Below, one piece after another: positions 52,218 through 63,168 of a DNA stretch of 64,000 bases. A program made the position numbers and the translations under genes. The stretch covers positions 192,001 through 256,000 of the forward strand of contig CAWBYW010000016.1 of assembly GCA_963792965.1 (NCBI GenBank), in the 5' to 3' direction. Numbering within the stretch: the stretch's first letter is position 1; each line of letters starts with the position of its first letter. The stretch comes from an uncultured delta proteobacterium (GTDB lineage Bacteria > Desulfobacterota > Zymogenia > Zymogenales > Zymogenaceae). Under the pieces are notes generated by a model. The model worked only from the letters and a program-made list of their open reading frames with translations. It was not told the DNA's origin and searched no databases.

Positions 52218-53594
52218 TTAATCCTCCAGCCCGAGCTTTTTCATTTGATATAACAGAACCTGGCGGGGAATGTTAAGGAGGCGGGCCGCCTGGGACCGGT
52301 TGCCGCCGCTCTGGACAAGGGCCTTGTTGATCAGCTCCGTCGAGACCCTGTCAACGACAGCCTTGAAATCGATCCCCTCTTCGGGGATGTAGTGGGGGAT
52401 AACGGAATCGACGGACGCCTTTTGATGGGAATCAATAACGAGGTGTTTGGTGTTGATCAAAGGCCCGTCGGCGATGATGACCGCCCGCTCGACGGCGTTG
52501 CGCAGCTCTCGAATGTTTCCGGGCCACTGGTAGCTTTTGAGCCATTCCATCGCCGGATCCGAGAACCCCGTTACCTTTTTCTTGAGGTTCTTTGAGAGCT
52601 CCTCGAGGAAGACCGTGGCAAAAAGCTCGACGTCCTCCTTACGCTCCATCAGCGTCGGTAATTTTAGGTCCATCACCTTGAGGCGGAAGTAGAGGTCTTT
52701 TCTGAATTCCCCGTTTTCTACCGCCCGGCTTAGGTCCTTGTTGGTTGCCGCTATCACCCGTACGTCCAGCTTGATGTCGGCGGTGCCGCCCACGCGCTTA
52801 TAGGTCATGGTATCCAGGAACCGCAAGAGCTTCGCCTGAAGCATGACCGACATCTCGCCGATCTCGTCCAAGAACACCGTGCCCTTGGACGCGAGCTCGA
52901 ACTGCCCGCGCTTCCTCACCCGGGCATCGGTAAAGGCGCCGGGCTCATAGCCGAAGAGCTCCGTCTCCATGAGGTTTTCGGGGATGGCCGCGCAGTTGAT
53001 CTCCACGAAGGGCTCGTCGCCCCTCTTGGAGCGGTAGTGGATGAAGCGGGCGAGGTATTCCTTTCCGGTCCCCGACTCCCCCTCGATGAGCACGGTGGTG
53101 GTCTCCGACTGGGCGACGAAGAGGGCCAGTCGGTAGATCTCGTTCATGATCGGGGAACGGCCGACCAGGTAGTTGAAATTGAATTTCTTTCGATCGGCTT
53201 CTTTGAGGTACTCTATCTCCCGCATGAGATCAAGGTGTCTGAGGTTTTTCTTGATCGAAAGCAGCAGCACATCCTCCTGGATGGGCTTGGTCAGGTAGTC
53301 GCTGGCACCCATCTTGATGGCGTGAATGGCCGTCTCAATGGAGCCGTAACCCGTCAACATGATTACCTGGGGGATGTCGTAGACCTCGTTGATCTTCTCA
53401 AGGACTTCAAGGCCGCTCACATCCGGGAGCACGAGGTCCAGAAGCACCAGGTCCGGCCGCGCATTCTGGACGATCTTGAGGCCTTCCTGGCCGGTTATCG
53501 CCGAATAGACCTTATACCCCTTGTCCTGGAGCGCCTGTGTCAGGAATCTATTGAAGAGCTCATCGTCTTCGATGATAAGGATCGACGTTTCCAT
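52218..53594 (-). CDS. Sigma-54-dependent response regulator (NtrC/AtoC family)
   Basis: Receiver, GESGTGKE, GAFTDA, FLDEIGE, WPGNIREL, Fis-type HTH. Confidence 0.95.
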   Translation of the reverse strand: METSILIIEDDELFNRFLTQALQDKGYKVYSAITGQEGLKIVQNARPDLVLLDLVLPDVSGLEVLEKINEVYDIPQVIMLTGYGSIETAIHAIKMGASDYLTKPIQEDVLLLSIKKNLRHLDLMREIEYLKEADRKKFNFNYLVGRSPIMNEIYRLALFVAQSETTTVLIEGESGTGKEYLARFIHYRSKRGDEPFVEINCAAIPENLMETELFGYEPGAFTDARVRKRGQFELASKGTVFLDEIGEMSVMLQAKLLRFLDTMTYKRVGGTADIKLDVRVIAATNKDLSRAVENGEFRKDLYFRLKVMDLKLPTLMERKEDVELFATVFLEELSKNLKKKVTGFSDPAMEWLKSYQWPGNIRELRNAVERAVIIADGPLINTKHLVIDSHQKASVDSVIPHYIPEEGIDFKAVVDRVSTELINKALVQSGGNRSQAARLLNIPRQVLLYQMKKLGLED

Positions 53595-53885
53595 AAAATA
53601 AGCCGCATATCCAGATAGTATCGGTTTCTTCTAACGCACCGAGCGATGATTTGCCATCGCTTTTTCGCGCGGTTTCATCCGTTTTTTATTATCTCTATCA
53701 TAAATAGTATTATTTGTCTTTAAAATATAATGGTTCATTTATAGACTTTACCATTTTTATTAAAGAAATGGACAGTTGGGCCATAAAAAGTTTCTTCTCG
53801 CCGCGGGGCCGCCGGAGATAGAGGTGTAGGGGGTATGCAAGCGAGATCGCCCAAACCGCTTTCTTTCGCCCTCCTATTTTCCCCC

Positions 53886-54815
53886 TTACAGCCGCAGGAG
53901 CCGCTGTGCGTTTTCTCCGAGGATCATATTCACGTCCTTTTCGGCGATGCGAAGGTGCTCGACCGGCTTGGTTGAAAGCTCCTTGATCGCCTCGACGTAC
54001 TTCGGCTCGGACAGCACCGGCCAGAGGTAGGGGTTATCGGTGCCGAAGAGGACCCGCTCCGGCCCGAAGTGGGCCACGGCGTGCGAGACGGCCTCGGCAA
54101 AATCGTGATAGTGGTCGCGGGCGGTCGTCTGCCAGGCCGCGAGATCGGTATAGAGGTTGGGCCGGTTCAGACCGAGGGAGAAAAGGATGTCCCGGTAGCC
54201 ATAGGCCATGTGCGCGGCGATCACGTCGACCTCGGGGAAGTGCAGCAGCATCTCATCAAGATACATCGGGTCGCAATACTTGCTGGAGGTGGGGGGTACG
54301 CTCGGTCCGGTGTGGATGAGAACCGGGACGTTGTGTTTTGCCACCGCTTCCACGAGCGTCAGCGTTTCCTTCCCCTCCGGGTTGAACCCTCCCCCGGGGT
54401 GAAGTTTGAGCCCCTTGGCCCCCCATTCTTCAAACGCCTTCTTGATAAAATCCTTGGCCTTCGGCCGCCGCGGGTCCATGGTGACGAAGGGAATGATCTT
54501 CTTCGGGAATCGTTTTGCCATCTCGAGAACCGCCTTGTTCTGCTCCTCGATGGGGACCTTCGGCTCCCCCACCATGAGGCCGGTATCGAAAGGGAAGATA
54601 ACGGTCATGTCAATCCCCGCCTCTTCCATGGCGGCGACATGCTTTTCCCCGGTCGTGTCGTAGTAGACGGGGAGGATATTGTTGATGATCATGTCGATGT
54701 CGGCGTCGACCCCCATCCGTTTGAGGATCGGAAGTGCCATTTTCGCAAATCCCCTCCAGTAATTGTCCGAAAACCAGCTTCTGTCCACGGGGTGGCGGTG
54801 AATGTCGATGATCAT
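53886..54815 (-). CDS. Amidohydrolase_2 family protein
   Basis: IDIHRH, KGLKLHP, IHTG, AAHM, LFGTD.P. Confidence 0.9.
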   Translation of the reverse strand: MIIDIHRHPVDRSWFSDNYWRGFAKMALPILKRMGVDADIDMIINNILPVYYDTTGEKHVAAMEEAGIDMTVIFPFDTGLMVGEPKVPIEEQNKAVLEMAKRFPKKIIPFVTMDPRRPKAKDFIKKAFEEWGAKGLKLHPGGGFNPEGKETLTLVEAVAKHNVPVLIHTGPSVPPTSSKYCDPMYLDEMLLHFPEVDVIAAHMAYGYRDILFSLGLNRPNLYTDLAAWQTTARDHYHDFAEAVSHAVAHFGPERVLFGTDNPYLWPVLSEPKYVEAIKELSTKPVEHLRIAEKDVNMILGENAQRLLRL

Positions 54816-55000
54816 GAGCGCCTCCTTAAAAGGGTAATCGTGGGAAAGGTTTGAGTCGTCTTGCTTCTTTTAGAAGATATGAGCGGGGCAACCCGGAACG
54901 ATGGAGGTTGGGCGAAGGCCGGCTCTCGTTGAAGCCGGAATCGAGGAACGGAGCTCATATACGGCATATCTCGTGAATGCCCCCACGCCCTTCGCGAAAC

Positions 55001-55029
55001 ATCGTAGTATCGGCCCCTGCGAAAGTCAA
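55001..55029 (-). promoter_or_regulatory. Sigma-70 promoter of the amidohydrolase gene
   Basis: TTGACT-17 nt-TACGAT. Confidence 0.55.
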
Positions 55030-55236
55030 GACAAATAAAAATCGGGCTTTCAGGTTTATTTCGTTGAAAAATTCCTTCGCGTAGTATATATATAAAAGGA
55101 TATTGTCTAAATCAAGAGTAAATGTAGTGATTTCTGTGAACGTCTTCGTGCTGTGACGAGACATAAACGTTCATCGGTGAAAGGGGCCTTACTCTCTCAG
55201 CGGGACGTTGCCATACCAAAATAGGGAGTTGAGCAT

Positions 55237-56148
55237 ATGAGCGCAATCACCGCCGCGGGCCTGATCAAGGACTACGCGAAGGTTCGCGCCCTCGCCGGGG
55301 TCAATCTCGACGTTGCCGAGGGCGAGGTCTTCGGGTTCCTGGGTCCTAACGGTGCGGGGAAGACAACCTTTATCAAGATCATGCTCGGGCTTGTCTTTCC
55401 GAGCGCGGGAGACGTCACGGTCTTCGACATGCCGTCGGGGAAGAAAGAGCTCAGACGAAAGATCGGCTACCTCCCGGAGAACATGCGGCTCCAGGGCTTT
55501 TTGTCCGGACGTGAATTCCTTGATTTTGCGGGAAAACTCTATGGCCTGCCCAAGGGAGAGAGAAGACGGCGCGTGGATGGTTATCTCGAGCTCCTCGGGC
55601 TCTCCAAAGCGGCTAAGCGGCCCCTCCGCGAATACTCAAAGGGAATGCTCCAGCGCATCGGGATCGCCCAGGCCCTCATCCACAACCCCGAGATGCTGCT
55701 CTTGGACGAGCCGACGTCGGGGCTGGACCCGATCGGCACCAAGGAGATCCGCGACCTCATCCTTTCCGAAAAGAAGAAGGGTAAGACGATCTTCATCAAC
55801 TCGCACCTCCTGTCCGAGATCGAGCGGACCTGCGACCGCGTGGCTATTCTTAACCACGGGCGGGTCATCAAGGTGGGGCGCCTGGAGGCCCTGTCGGGGA
55901 AGAAGGCGATGATCCGTGTTGAGGTTCAGAAGACGAGCGAGGAGCTTCTCGCCGGCCTGAGCGGGGTGGCCAAAAGCGTGCGGGTGGAAGGAAATACCTA
56001 TATCCTCGATCCGAAGTTCGACGACACCATGGCCCATATACCCCAGATCATCGTATCGTCGGGTGCGCGCATGGTGTCCCTCAAGGAAGACCGGGAGTCG
56101 CTTGAGGACATCTTCTGGCGTGCGGTCAAAGAGGAGGGCAAATCGTGA
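55237..56148 (+). CDS. ABC-2 type exporter ATP-binding protein
   Basis: GPNGAGKTT, YSKGMLQR, LDEPTSGLD, SH. Confidence 0.92.
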   Translation: MSAITAAGLIKDYAKVRALAGVNLDVAEGEVFGFLGPNGAGKTTFIKIMLGLVFPSAGDVTVFDMPSGKKELRRKIGYLPENMRLQGFLSGREFLDFAGKLYGLPKGERRRRVDGYLELLGLSKAAKRPLREYSKGMLQRIGIAQALIHNPEMLLLDEPTSGLDPIGTKEIRDLILSEKKKGKTIFINSHLLSEIERTCDRVAILNHGRVIKVGRLEALSGKKAMIRVEVQKTSEELLAGLSGVAKSVRVEGNTYILDPKFDDTMAHIPQIIVSSGARMVSLKEDRESLEDIFWRAVKEEGKS

Positions 56149-56945
56149 GAGAGATCCTGGCGATTTCGGCAAATACTATCAAGGAAGGGCTGCGCAACAA
56201 GATGTTCTACATCCTGCTGGGCATAGCCCTTGTATTCATCCTGGTCGGCCGGGGGTGCATGAGCGGCAGCATGAACATCCAGAACCGCGAGCTCTCGCCG
56301 GAACAGATGGTTTCCTTTGGGACGATGATCGGCTTCTTTATCATCACGTTCTGGGGCTTAACGCTGGCGGGACTTCTTTCCATGGGGGCGATCCTCACCG
56401 ACATCGAGACCGGGGTCATCACCACCTTTATCTCCAAGCCGATATCCCGCTTTGAATACCTGATGGGAAAGTTCATCGGGATCGTCGCCGTGGTTCTTCT
56501 CAACGTCGCGATTCTCGCGCTCGGCTTTTCGATATTGGCCTATCTCAAGGCGGGGATTTTCCCAATCCACCTCTTTTGGGCCCTCGGCGTCTTTGTCGTA
56601 AACCTCCTGATGCTCATTTCATTCATCCTGCTGGTTTCCCTGGTGAGCGCCCGTATCATCGCCATGATCTTCGGGATCCTCGCCTATCTCTTTTCTGTCG
56701 GGATAGCTATCCCGGTCTATATCGACGCCGTCAGAGAAAAAATGGTCGGCTCCTCGATGTCGTTGGTCCTGGAAGCCATCTATTTCGCCTTCCCACAGTG
56801 GGGATCGACCCATATATATGCCGCCTCCCTTATCTCCGGCACCTTCTCCCAGCACATGTCATACTGGCCGGTCGCTCACTCCCTGCTCTATACCGTCCTC
56901 ATGTGGCTCTTGATGCTGTTTGTATTCGGGAGAAAGGAGTTTTAG
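56145..56945 (+). CDS. ABC-2 type permease
   Basis: Six TM helices; DIETG.I....SKPISR..YL.GK. Confidence 0.88.
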   Translation: MREILAISANTIKEGLRNKMFYILLGIALVFILVGRGCMSGSMNIQNRELSPEQMVSFGTMIGFFIITFWGLTLAGLLSMGAILTDIETGVITTFISKPISRFEYLMGKFIGIVAVVLLNVAILALGFSILAYLKAGIFPIHLFWALGVFVVNLLMLISFILLVSLVSARIIAMIFGILAYLFSVGIAIPVYIDAVREKMVGSSMSLVLEAIYFAFPQWGSTHIYAASLISGTFSQHMSYWPVAHSLLYTVLMWLLMLFVFGRKEF

Positions 56946-57145
56946 TTCAACAATGAGATTATCCGGCGGGCAGGTCCTTGTTCATCGCGCCGTCTCTTGT
57001 CGGCCTGGGTCACTCATGGCGGGTCGCGCCGCACGGCGCGGGGGTACCCTGTCGGGCGCCCGCGTGTGCGCGTCCCGTGCCGTTTCCCCGGCATCGGCCC
57101 TCGCCGTCTGTACGGGCGCAAGGCCTTAGCAGCTCCTCTATCGAT

Positions 57146-58651
57146 ATGCCTAAACCCGACAATAAGCCGCTCTTTTCGGGGACATTAACCGAGACCCCGT
57201 TTCCGAAGCTCTTTTTCGAAATCTGCTCGATGGGCATCGGCGGAACCCTCACCGTCATGAGGGGAAAGGTGAAAAAGGAGATCACCTTCTATCACGGGAA
57301 GCCGGCGCGCATAACCTCGAACCTCCTGCAGGAGGTTCTCGGGAGGTATCTGGTATCTATCGGAAAGATCGGCGAGGATGATTACCAACAGACCCTCACC
57401 TCCGCCTTTACGTCCCATCGCCTCCACGGGGACATCCTCATCGAGCGGGGCTTTCTGACCAACGGCGAGCTCTCAAACTACCTCAGGGAGCAGTCGCTGG
57501 CAAAACTCCTCAACATCTTCAAATGGCCCGACGGGGACTACTCGTTTGTCAAGCGCGATTTCATATCGCCGATCAAGAGCGACTTTCAGTCGCTCTCTAC
57601 GGAGACCATCATCTTTATGGGGATCAAGCACCACTACGCGCTGGATCGACTCATCCCGGCCGTCGATCCGTATGGCTCCTCATACCTCTACCGCGGCTCG
57701 AAGAAATCGCCGCTCCCGGAAACGACCCCGTTGGATGACGACGAGCGATGGCTCCTCGGCCTGGTCGATGGAACCAAGACAGTGAAAGAGACCATCGAGA
57801 TATCGCCCCTCGAGTTTATCGATTCCTACCGCGTCATCTACTGGGCGCTCATCACGGATATCCTGGCCGTCAAGGATAAACCGGCCGTGGCGGCCGTCGA
57901 AACGGATAATCCGATCCCTCAGGACGAGCTGCTCTCGAAAATGGTGGCCACCTATCATGCGATGTCCACCATGAACTATTTCGAGATCCTCGGCGTAGAC
58001 CAGTCTACCCCTCCGGAACAGATCAAACCGGCCTACGTCAGGCTCGCCAAGGAATATCATCCGGACTCGCTGGGCCCGAACGCGCCCACCCTCGTGGAAA
58101 AAACGGCAAACCAGATCTTCGACCTCGTTTCCAGGGCCTACCGCGTCCTGTCCGACGAAGGGGAGAGAAAAGACTACCTGAAATCGCTCAGCGGTAAGGA
58201 TGATAAAGTGACGATCGAGAAAACCCACGACATCATGAATGCGGAGCTGCAGTTTCAGAAGGGGAAGGTATTTCTCAAGAAGCGGGATTACCAGAGCGCC
58301 AAGGAATCCTTCGGGTGGGCCGTCAAGCTGATGCCGGACGAGGCGGAATACCTGGCATATCTCGGCTGGGCCCTGTTCCTCTCGGCCGAAAATAAAGTGG
58401 GGGAGGAGGCGCTTACCGCCACGAAATATCTTAAGAAGGCGGCCTCGCTCAACCCGTCCATCGAGACCATCCAGCTCTTCTTAGGAACGGTCTATAAGAC
58501 CCAGAACCTCAAGGATATCGCGGCGCTCTATTTCAAGAAGGCGCTCGAGATCAATCCCGAGTCGGTCGAGGCAAAGCGGGAGCTCGCAAGCCTCGGCGTG
58601 AAAAGCCAGCAGCAGGACACGAGGGGCTTTTTCGGCCCCAGAAATAGATAG
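57146..58651 (+). CDS. DUF4388 + J-domain + TPR protein
   Basis: N-terminal SG.L....FP/W.DG.Y.F, NYFEILGV..AY..LAKEYHPD, TPR helices. Confidence 0.85.
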   Translation: MPKPDNKPLFSGTLTETPFPKLFFEICSMGIGGTLTVMRGKVKKEITFYHGKPARITSNLLQEVLGRYLVSIGKIGEDDYQQTLTSAFTSHRLHGDILIERGFLTNGELSNYLREQSLAKLLNIFKWPDGDYSFVKRDFISPIKSDFQSLSTETIIFMGIKHHYALDRLIPAVDPYGSSYLYRGSKKSPLPETTPLDDDERWLLGLVDGTKTVKETIEISPLEFIDSYRVIYWALITDILAVKDKPAVAAVETDNPIPQDELLSKMVATYHAMSTMNYFEILGVDQSTPPEQIKPAYVRLAKEYHPDSLGPNAPTLVEKTANQIFDLVSRAYRVLSDEGERKDYLKSLSGKDDKVTIEKTHDIMNAELQFQKGKVFLKKRDYQSAKESFGWAVKLMPDEAEYLAYLGWALFLSAENKVGEEALTATKYLKKAASLNPSIETIQLFLGTVYKTQNLKDIAALYFKKALEINPESVEAKRELASLGVKSQQQDTRGFFGPRNR

Positions 58652-58663
58652 GGAGGCTCATCC

Positions 58664-59581
58664 ATGGTCGAAAAAGTCAAAAAGATATGGCTCGATGGGA
58701 AGCTCATCGATTGGGATAAGGCAAACGTCCACATCCTCACCCACACCCTCCATTACGGCCTCGGTGTGTTCGAGGGGATCCGGTGCTATAGGACGGCCGA
58801 TGGGCGGTCCGCGATCTTTCGGCTCGGCGAGCACATCCATCGGCTCTTCGACTCGGCCCATATCTGCTTCATGAAGATGCCCTTTTCCGAGGACGACATC
58901 GCAGGCGCAGCTATCGAGACGCTCAAGGCCAACGGTATGGAAGAGGGCTATATCAGACCCCTGGCCTTCATCGGAGACGGCGCCATGGGCCTCCATCCCC
59001 AGAACAACCCCGTCCGAGTGGCGATCATCACCTGGCCCTGGGGGGCCTACCTTGGCGAAGAGGGGCTGGCAAAGGGGATCCGCGTCAAGATATCATCGAT
59101 CACCCGGCACCACGTCAACGTCAGCATGACCAAGGCCAAAGTCTGCGGGAACTATGTCAACTCGATCCTCGCCAAGCTCGAAGTCACCCGTGCGGGCTAC
59201 GACGAGGCCATCATGCTCGATACCGAGGGGTATATCTCCGAGGGGAGCGGCGAAAACATCTTCATCGTTACTCACGGCCTGATCAGGACCACCCCCCTTA
59301 CCTCGATCCTGGCCGGCATCACCCGCGATTCGATCATCAATATTGCCCACGAGTTCGGCTATACCGTTTCGGAACAGCGATTCTCCCGCGACGAGGTCTA
59401 CACCAGCGACGAGGCGTTTCTGACGGGGACGGCGGCGGAGATTACCCCGATTCGGGAGGTGGACGACCGCCCCATTGGGAAGGGAGGACCCGGACCCATT
59501 ACCAAGAGACTCCAGGAAAGCTTCTTTGACGTGGTGAAGGGAAAAGACAAGCGGTTTGAGGGATGGCTGACCTATCTTTAG
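58664..59581 (+). CDS. ilvE: Branched-chain amino acid aminotransferase
   Basis: [40 protein letters not shown]. Confidence 0.96.
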   Translation: MVEKVKKIWLDGKLIDWDKANVHILTHTLHYGLGVFEGIRCYRTADGRSAIFRLGEHIHRLFDSAHICFMKMPFSEDDIAGAAIETLKANGMEEGYIRPLAFIGDGAMGLHPQNNPVRVAIITWPWGAYLGEEGLAKGIRVKISSITRHHVNVSMTKAKVCGNYVNSILAKLEVTRAGYDEAIMLDTEGYISEGSGENIFIVTHGLIRTTPLTSILAGITRDSIINIAHEFGYTVSEQRFSRDEVYTSDEAFLTGTAAEITPIREVDDRPIGKGGPGPITKRLQESFFDVVKGKDKRFEGWLTYL

Positions 59582-59725
59582 GCCGGTCCTTCACGGTGCG
59601 GCGATAGGGACCGGGCCGGTTTCCCCCAGACGGAGATATTCCCCGGTGACCGGGCGGTCCGGGCGGTCTCCGGCCGAAACGAGGCTCCCGGTCTGCGTCA
59701 GGCCGTGGCTCTCCCCTATACGTAA

Positions 59726-60634
59726 ATGGAGTTCGGTGTGGAAGAGCTTCGATTCGGCCCCGTCCACTTCATCCCCGGCGACAATCACGGAAGATACCCT
59801 TTCTGCCACTCGCTCTATGTCGAAGGGACCCGGCGCGTTGTGATCGACCCCGCCTCGGATGAGGCACGGCTGCGCGCGCTCAGAGACGGCCCGGGGGTCG
59901 ACGAGGTCTGGCTTTCTCACTACCACGAGGATCACTTCCTATTCCTTCCCGTCTTCGACGGCGTGCCGCTCTCTCTCTCCGAAACCGATGCCGGCGCCCT
60001 TGCCTCCATCGAAAATCTCCTCGATTATTACGACATTACAGAGATGGAAGACCGAAGGGCGTGGGAAGAGTTCATGAACACCTACTTCAGCTTTCGCCCC
60101 CGCAGGGCCGACCGGTATCTCGTCGGCGGAGAGGTTATCGACCTCGGAGGGGTCACGGTCGAGGTGATCGCCACGCCGGGCCACACCGCGGGCCACCTGT
60201 CATTTTTCTTCCCGGAGCAGGGCGTCCTTTTCGTCGGCGATTATGATCTTTCCCCCTTCCCCTACTACGGCGACCGAGACTCCGACATCGACGAGACGAT
60301 CGCCTCGGTCCGGCGCCTCAGAGAAGTGCCGGCCCGTGTGCTGATCTGCCCCCACGACGCGGGAGTTCATCACGAAGGCTTCGATAGGCTCTGGGACCGC
60401 TTCCTGGCGGTTATCGATTGGCGCGAGGCGAAACTGCTGGAGCTCTTGGCCGCGCGGCCGCGAACGATGGAGGATATCGTGGAGGCCCGGATCATCTATA
60501 AGAAGGCCCGGGAGCCAAAGTTGTTTTATGATTACGGCGAGATGTGCACAATGCGCAAGCACCTGATCCGGCTCATCAGACAGGGCCGCGTAACGCGGGA
60601 GGGAGAATTCTATTTGCTCTCAGAGGGGACGTGA
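59726..60634 (+). CDS. MBL-fold metallo-hydrolase with C-terminal winged-helix-like tail
   Basis: SHYHEDH, TPGHTAGH, GD.DL..FPYYGD. Confidence 0.85.
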   Translation: MEFGVEELRFGPVHFIPGDNHGRYPFCHSLYVEGTRRVVIDPASDEARLRALRDGPGVDEVWLSHYHEDHFLFLPVFDGVPLSLSETDAGALASIENLLDYYDITEMEDRRAWEEFMNTYFSFRPRRADRYLVGGEVIDLGGVTVEVIATPGHTAGHLSFFFPEQGVLFVGDYDLSPFPYYGDRDSDIDETIASVRRLREVPARVLICPHDAGVHHEGFDRLWDRFLAVIDWREAKLLELLAARPRTMEDIVEARIIYKKAREPKLFYDYGEMCTMRKHLIRLIRQGRVTREGEFYLLSEGT

Positions 60635-60894
60635 ATAAGGACCGTCGCAAAGGCTTGAAACGGAGGGAGACCGCCGCTTTCGGCATCATCCTCACGTGAG
60701 CGAAAGGGACCGCCCATATACCGATGCTTCTTGGCTCTGTCGAGCCCCATACCTGCCCCCCTGGCTGTGGTCGGCCGACCCATCAAACGCGTGAAAAATA
60801 TTGCAGCCAGCAGGGTCCCGCATCGTCGGCAATCAACACCGAGCGGACCCTCCTGGAAGTCCCCGCGCGCTCCTCTTCCGACGGACGCGTACCC

Positions 60895-61545
60895 CTAAGC
60901 CTCTTTGTGCCCCTTCTTTACGTTCTTCATCGCCCGCGTCAGGTGCTCGGTTACGGCCTGGCGCGCCGCCTCACTGTCCCGGGAGGCCAGCGTCTTGATG
61001 ATCTTTGCGTGGTCGGCGATCCATTCACGGCGATCTCCCGGCACGAGGGTGCTGTACGCCATGGCCAGGACGGACCGATAATAGAGGGGAATCATCGTCG
61101 ACAGGAGGGTTGCGCTCCCCGAGGACTCCACGATATAGCGGTGGAAGGTGATGTCCGCGTCGGCCCCGTCGCCGGGCTTGGCGTCCTTGCACTTATCCAG
61201 GAGCTCCGTGAGCCTGCCGATGAATCTGTCGTAGCGAACCTTTTTTTTGGTCACAAGCTCCGCCCCCAATGGCTCCAGGGCCATGCGGACCGTGAGGATA
61301 TCGAGGATCTCATCGGACGTAATCTGGGACACGAAGGCCCCACGCCTCGGGACGACCTGCACCAGCCCGTAATTGACCAGGAGGTTCATCGCCTCCCTGA
61401 GGGGGGTTCGGGATATTCCGAGAGACTCTGAAATCTTTTCTTCGGGTATCTTTTCCCCCGGCTTGATACTGCCTGAAAGAATCGCATCTTTTACCGTATC
61501 CGCGACCCGATGTTTGAGGCTCAGTTCTTCGATCTTGTACAACAT
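60895..61545 (-). CDS. GntR family regulator (FCD domain)
   Basis: PGEKI.E..ISE.LGISRTPLREA, R..LE, D..FH, H..I...H. Confidence 0.92.
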   Translation of the reverse strand: MLYKIEELSLKHRVADTVKDAILSGSIKPGEKIPEEKISESLGISRTPLREAMNLLVNYGLVQVVPRRGAFVSQITSDEILDILTVRMALEPLGAELVTKKKVRYDRFIGRLTELLDKCKDAKPGDGADADITFHRYIVESSGSATLLSTMIPLYYRSVLAMAYSTLVPGDRREWIADHAKIIKTLASRDSEAARQAVTEHLTRAMKNVKKGHKEA

Positions 61546-61732
61546 CTTTGTCCCCCTTTCTCTCTGTTTATCTGAGAATTGTATTTAATATACAATATAT
61601 ACGCTATTTAGACATTTTTTATGCCGTCCATTCAACGCCTCAGGGCCCCGATCGCGTCGGCTGCCCCTTTTTCATGACGGCATTAATAAGAAATGGGATT
61701 TGTCAGGGTACAGTATAGAGAGAAAAAGAATT

Positions 61733-61762
61733 AAAAAAAGGGGGCTTAGTTAACCCCCCTTT
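61733..61762 (-). terminator. Rho-independent terminator
   Basis: AAAGGGGG...CCCCCTTT stem followed by a T tract on the minus strand. Confidence 0.6.
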
Positions 61763-61857
61763 CGTGGTCCGTTGGAACCAACTATATGAAATCGTTCATA
61801 ATTTCAATAAATTAATAGTTGTCCAATAATACTTTATTTTAATTATTCTTTGTTTCT

Positions 61858-62268
61858 TTAACTGTCCTGCCGGATGATGGGTATCTTGATGAAGGGCACG
61901 CCTTCCTCTCTGAGCTCCTGTTCCTCCCGATCGGTGGTTATCCCACGGATGTTCTTCTTCTCGATTTCACCGTAGTGGATCTTGATCGCCTCTTCGGCGA
62001 ATCGTCCACCCACATCCTCGAAGTGACTCTTGATATAGTGTTGAAGCTGTATGAACTGGACAACCTGCGGAGGCAGGCCGTGGCTCCCTTCCTCTTTTCT
62101 TTGTCTGCCGCCGATGGCAAAGGTGGAAGGAATGCGCTCAATACGGGTTTCGCCGCAGTACGGGCAATCGATCATACCCCCGTCCTTCTGATCCTCGAAA
62201 GAGGCGCTGTCTTTGAACCATCCCTCGAAGATGTGTCCGTTTTCGCATTTCACGTCGTACGCGATCAT
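61858..62268 (-). CDS. DUF1178 family protein
   Basis: MI.YD..C..GH.FEGWF, CP.CG, EDVG..FAEEA..IHYGE, IRG. Confidence 0.9.
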   Translation of the reverse strand: MIAYDVKCENGHIFEGWFKDSASFEDQKDGGMIDCPYCGETRIERIPSTFAIGGRQRKEEGSHGLPPQVVQFIQLQHYIKSHFEDVGGRFAEEAIKIHYGEIEKKNIRGITTDREEQELREEGVPFIKIPIIRQDS

Positions 62269-62586
62269 CGCAACCTGCATAATATATCACTATCGATTAT
62301 ATAATAATATTCCCGGCCGGCGATGTCAATAACTATCGGCCGCCCGCGGTAAGACGCAGGTAGCCCTTAATCGGGCGCGGAGGGTCGAGGAGGCGGCATT
62401 ATTTCTATCTATAGGGAGCTTTGTCACCGGGGGCCCGAGTTTCCTCGGCGAGCCGCGCGATTCACCATTTTCAAATAAAAAATCTTGACACGGGTCAGAA
62501 ATGATGGTTAAATAACTAACTTTAAGGAATTATCGTCTCGTTTGAGGGTTATTTAACGGGCCACTCTACGAGGGAAGGAACCAGAG

Positions 62587-62898
62587 ATGTACGCAGTTAT
62601 CAGGACCGGAGGAAAGCAGTATCGCGTATCCCCGGGAGATACGATCGAGGTCGAGAAGCTTCCGGGGGAGGTCGGCGATCCCGTGGCGATTGCCGATGTC
62701 CTCATGATCGGCTCCGATGAAAAGACCACCATCGGCTCCCCCGTAATAAAGGGGGCCGAGGTTACCGGCACGATCACCGGCCAGTACAGGGGTAAAAAGG
62801 TCACGATCCATAAGTTCAAGAGAAAAACCGGTTACAAGAAAAAAATCGGACATCGGCAGTTCCACACTGAGATCAAGATCGACCAGATAAAGGGATAA
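62587..62898 (+). CDS. rplU: 50S ribosomal protein L21
   Basis: MYAVIRTGGKQY, GHRQ. Confidence 0.97.
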   Translation: MYAVIRTGGKQYRVSPGDTIEVEKLPGEVGDPVAIADVLMIGSDEKTTIGSPVIKGAEVTGTITGQYRGKKVTIHKFKRKTGYKKKIGHRQFHTEIKIDQIKG

Positions 62899-62907
62899 GG
62901 TGACATC

Positions 62908-63168
62908 ATGGCACATAAAAAGGGACAGGGAAGCTCGAGGAATGGCCGTGACAGCGCCGGTCGAAGGCTCGGCGTGAAGCGCTACGGCGGGCAATTCGTT
63001 CAGGCCGGAAACATCCTCGTACGCCAGCGGGGGTCGAAGATCCATCCCGGCGACAACGTCGGCATGGGGAGGGATCATACCCTCTTTGCCCTCGTCGACG
63101 GTGTGGTGACGTACGGGACAAAGGCCAAGGGAAGGAAACAAGCAAGCATTACGCCGGCCGCCTCCTAA
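62908..63168 (+). CDS. rpmA: 50S ribosomal protein L27
   Basis: [26 protein letters not shown]. Confidence 0.97.
   Translation: MAHKKGQGSSRNGRDSAGRRLGVKRYGGQFVQAGNILVRQRGSKIHPGDNVGMGRDHTLFALVDGVVTYGTKAKGRKQASITPAAS

Noticed and set aside
55237-56945. ABC exporter as part of a RiPP cluster with the radical SAM enzyme
   Set aside because: They are 38 kb apart with no precursor or peptidase linking them.
60635-60894. Possible riboswitch in intergenic regions such as 60635-60894 and 2618-2768
   Set aside because: Only short GC hairpins; no recognisable aptamer consensus.
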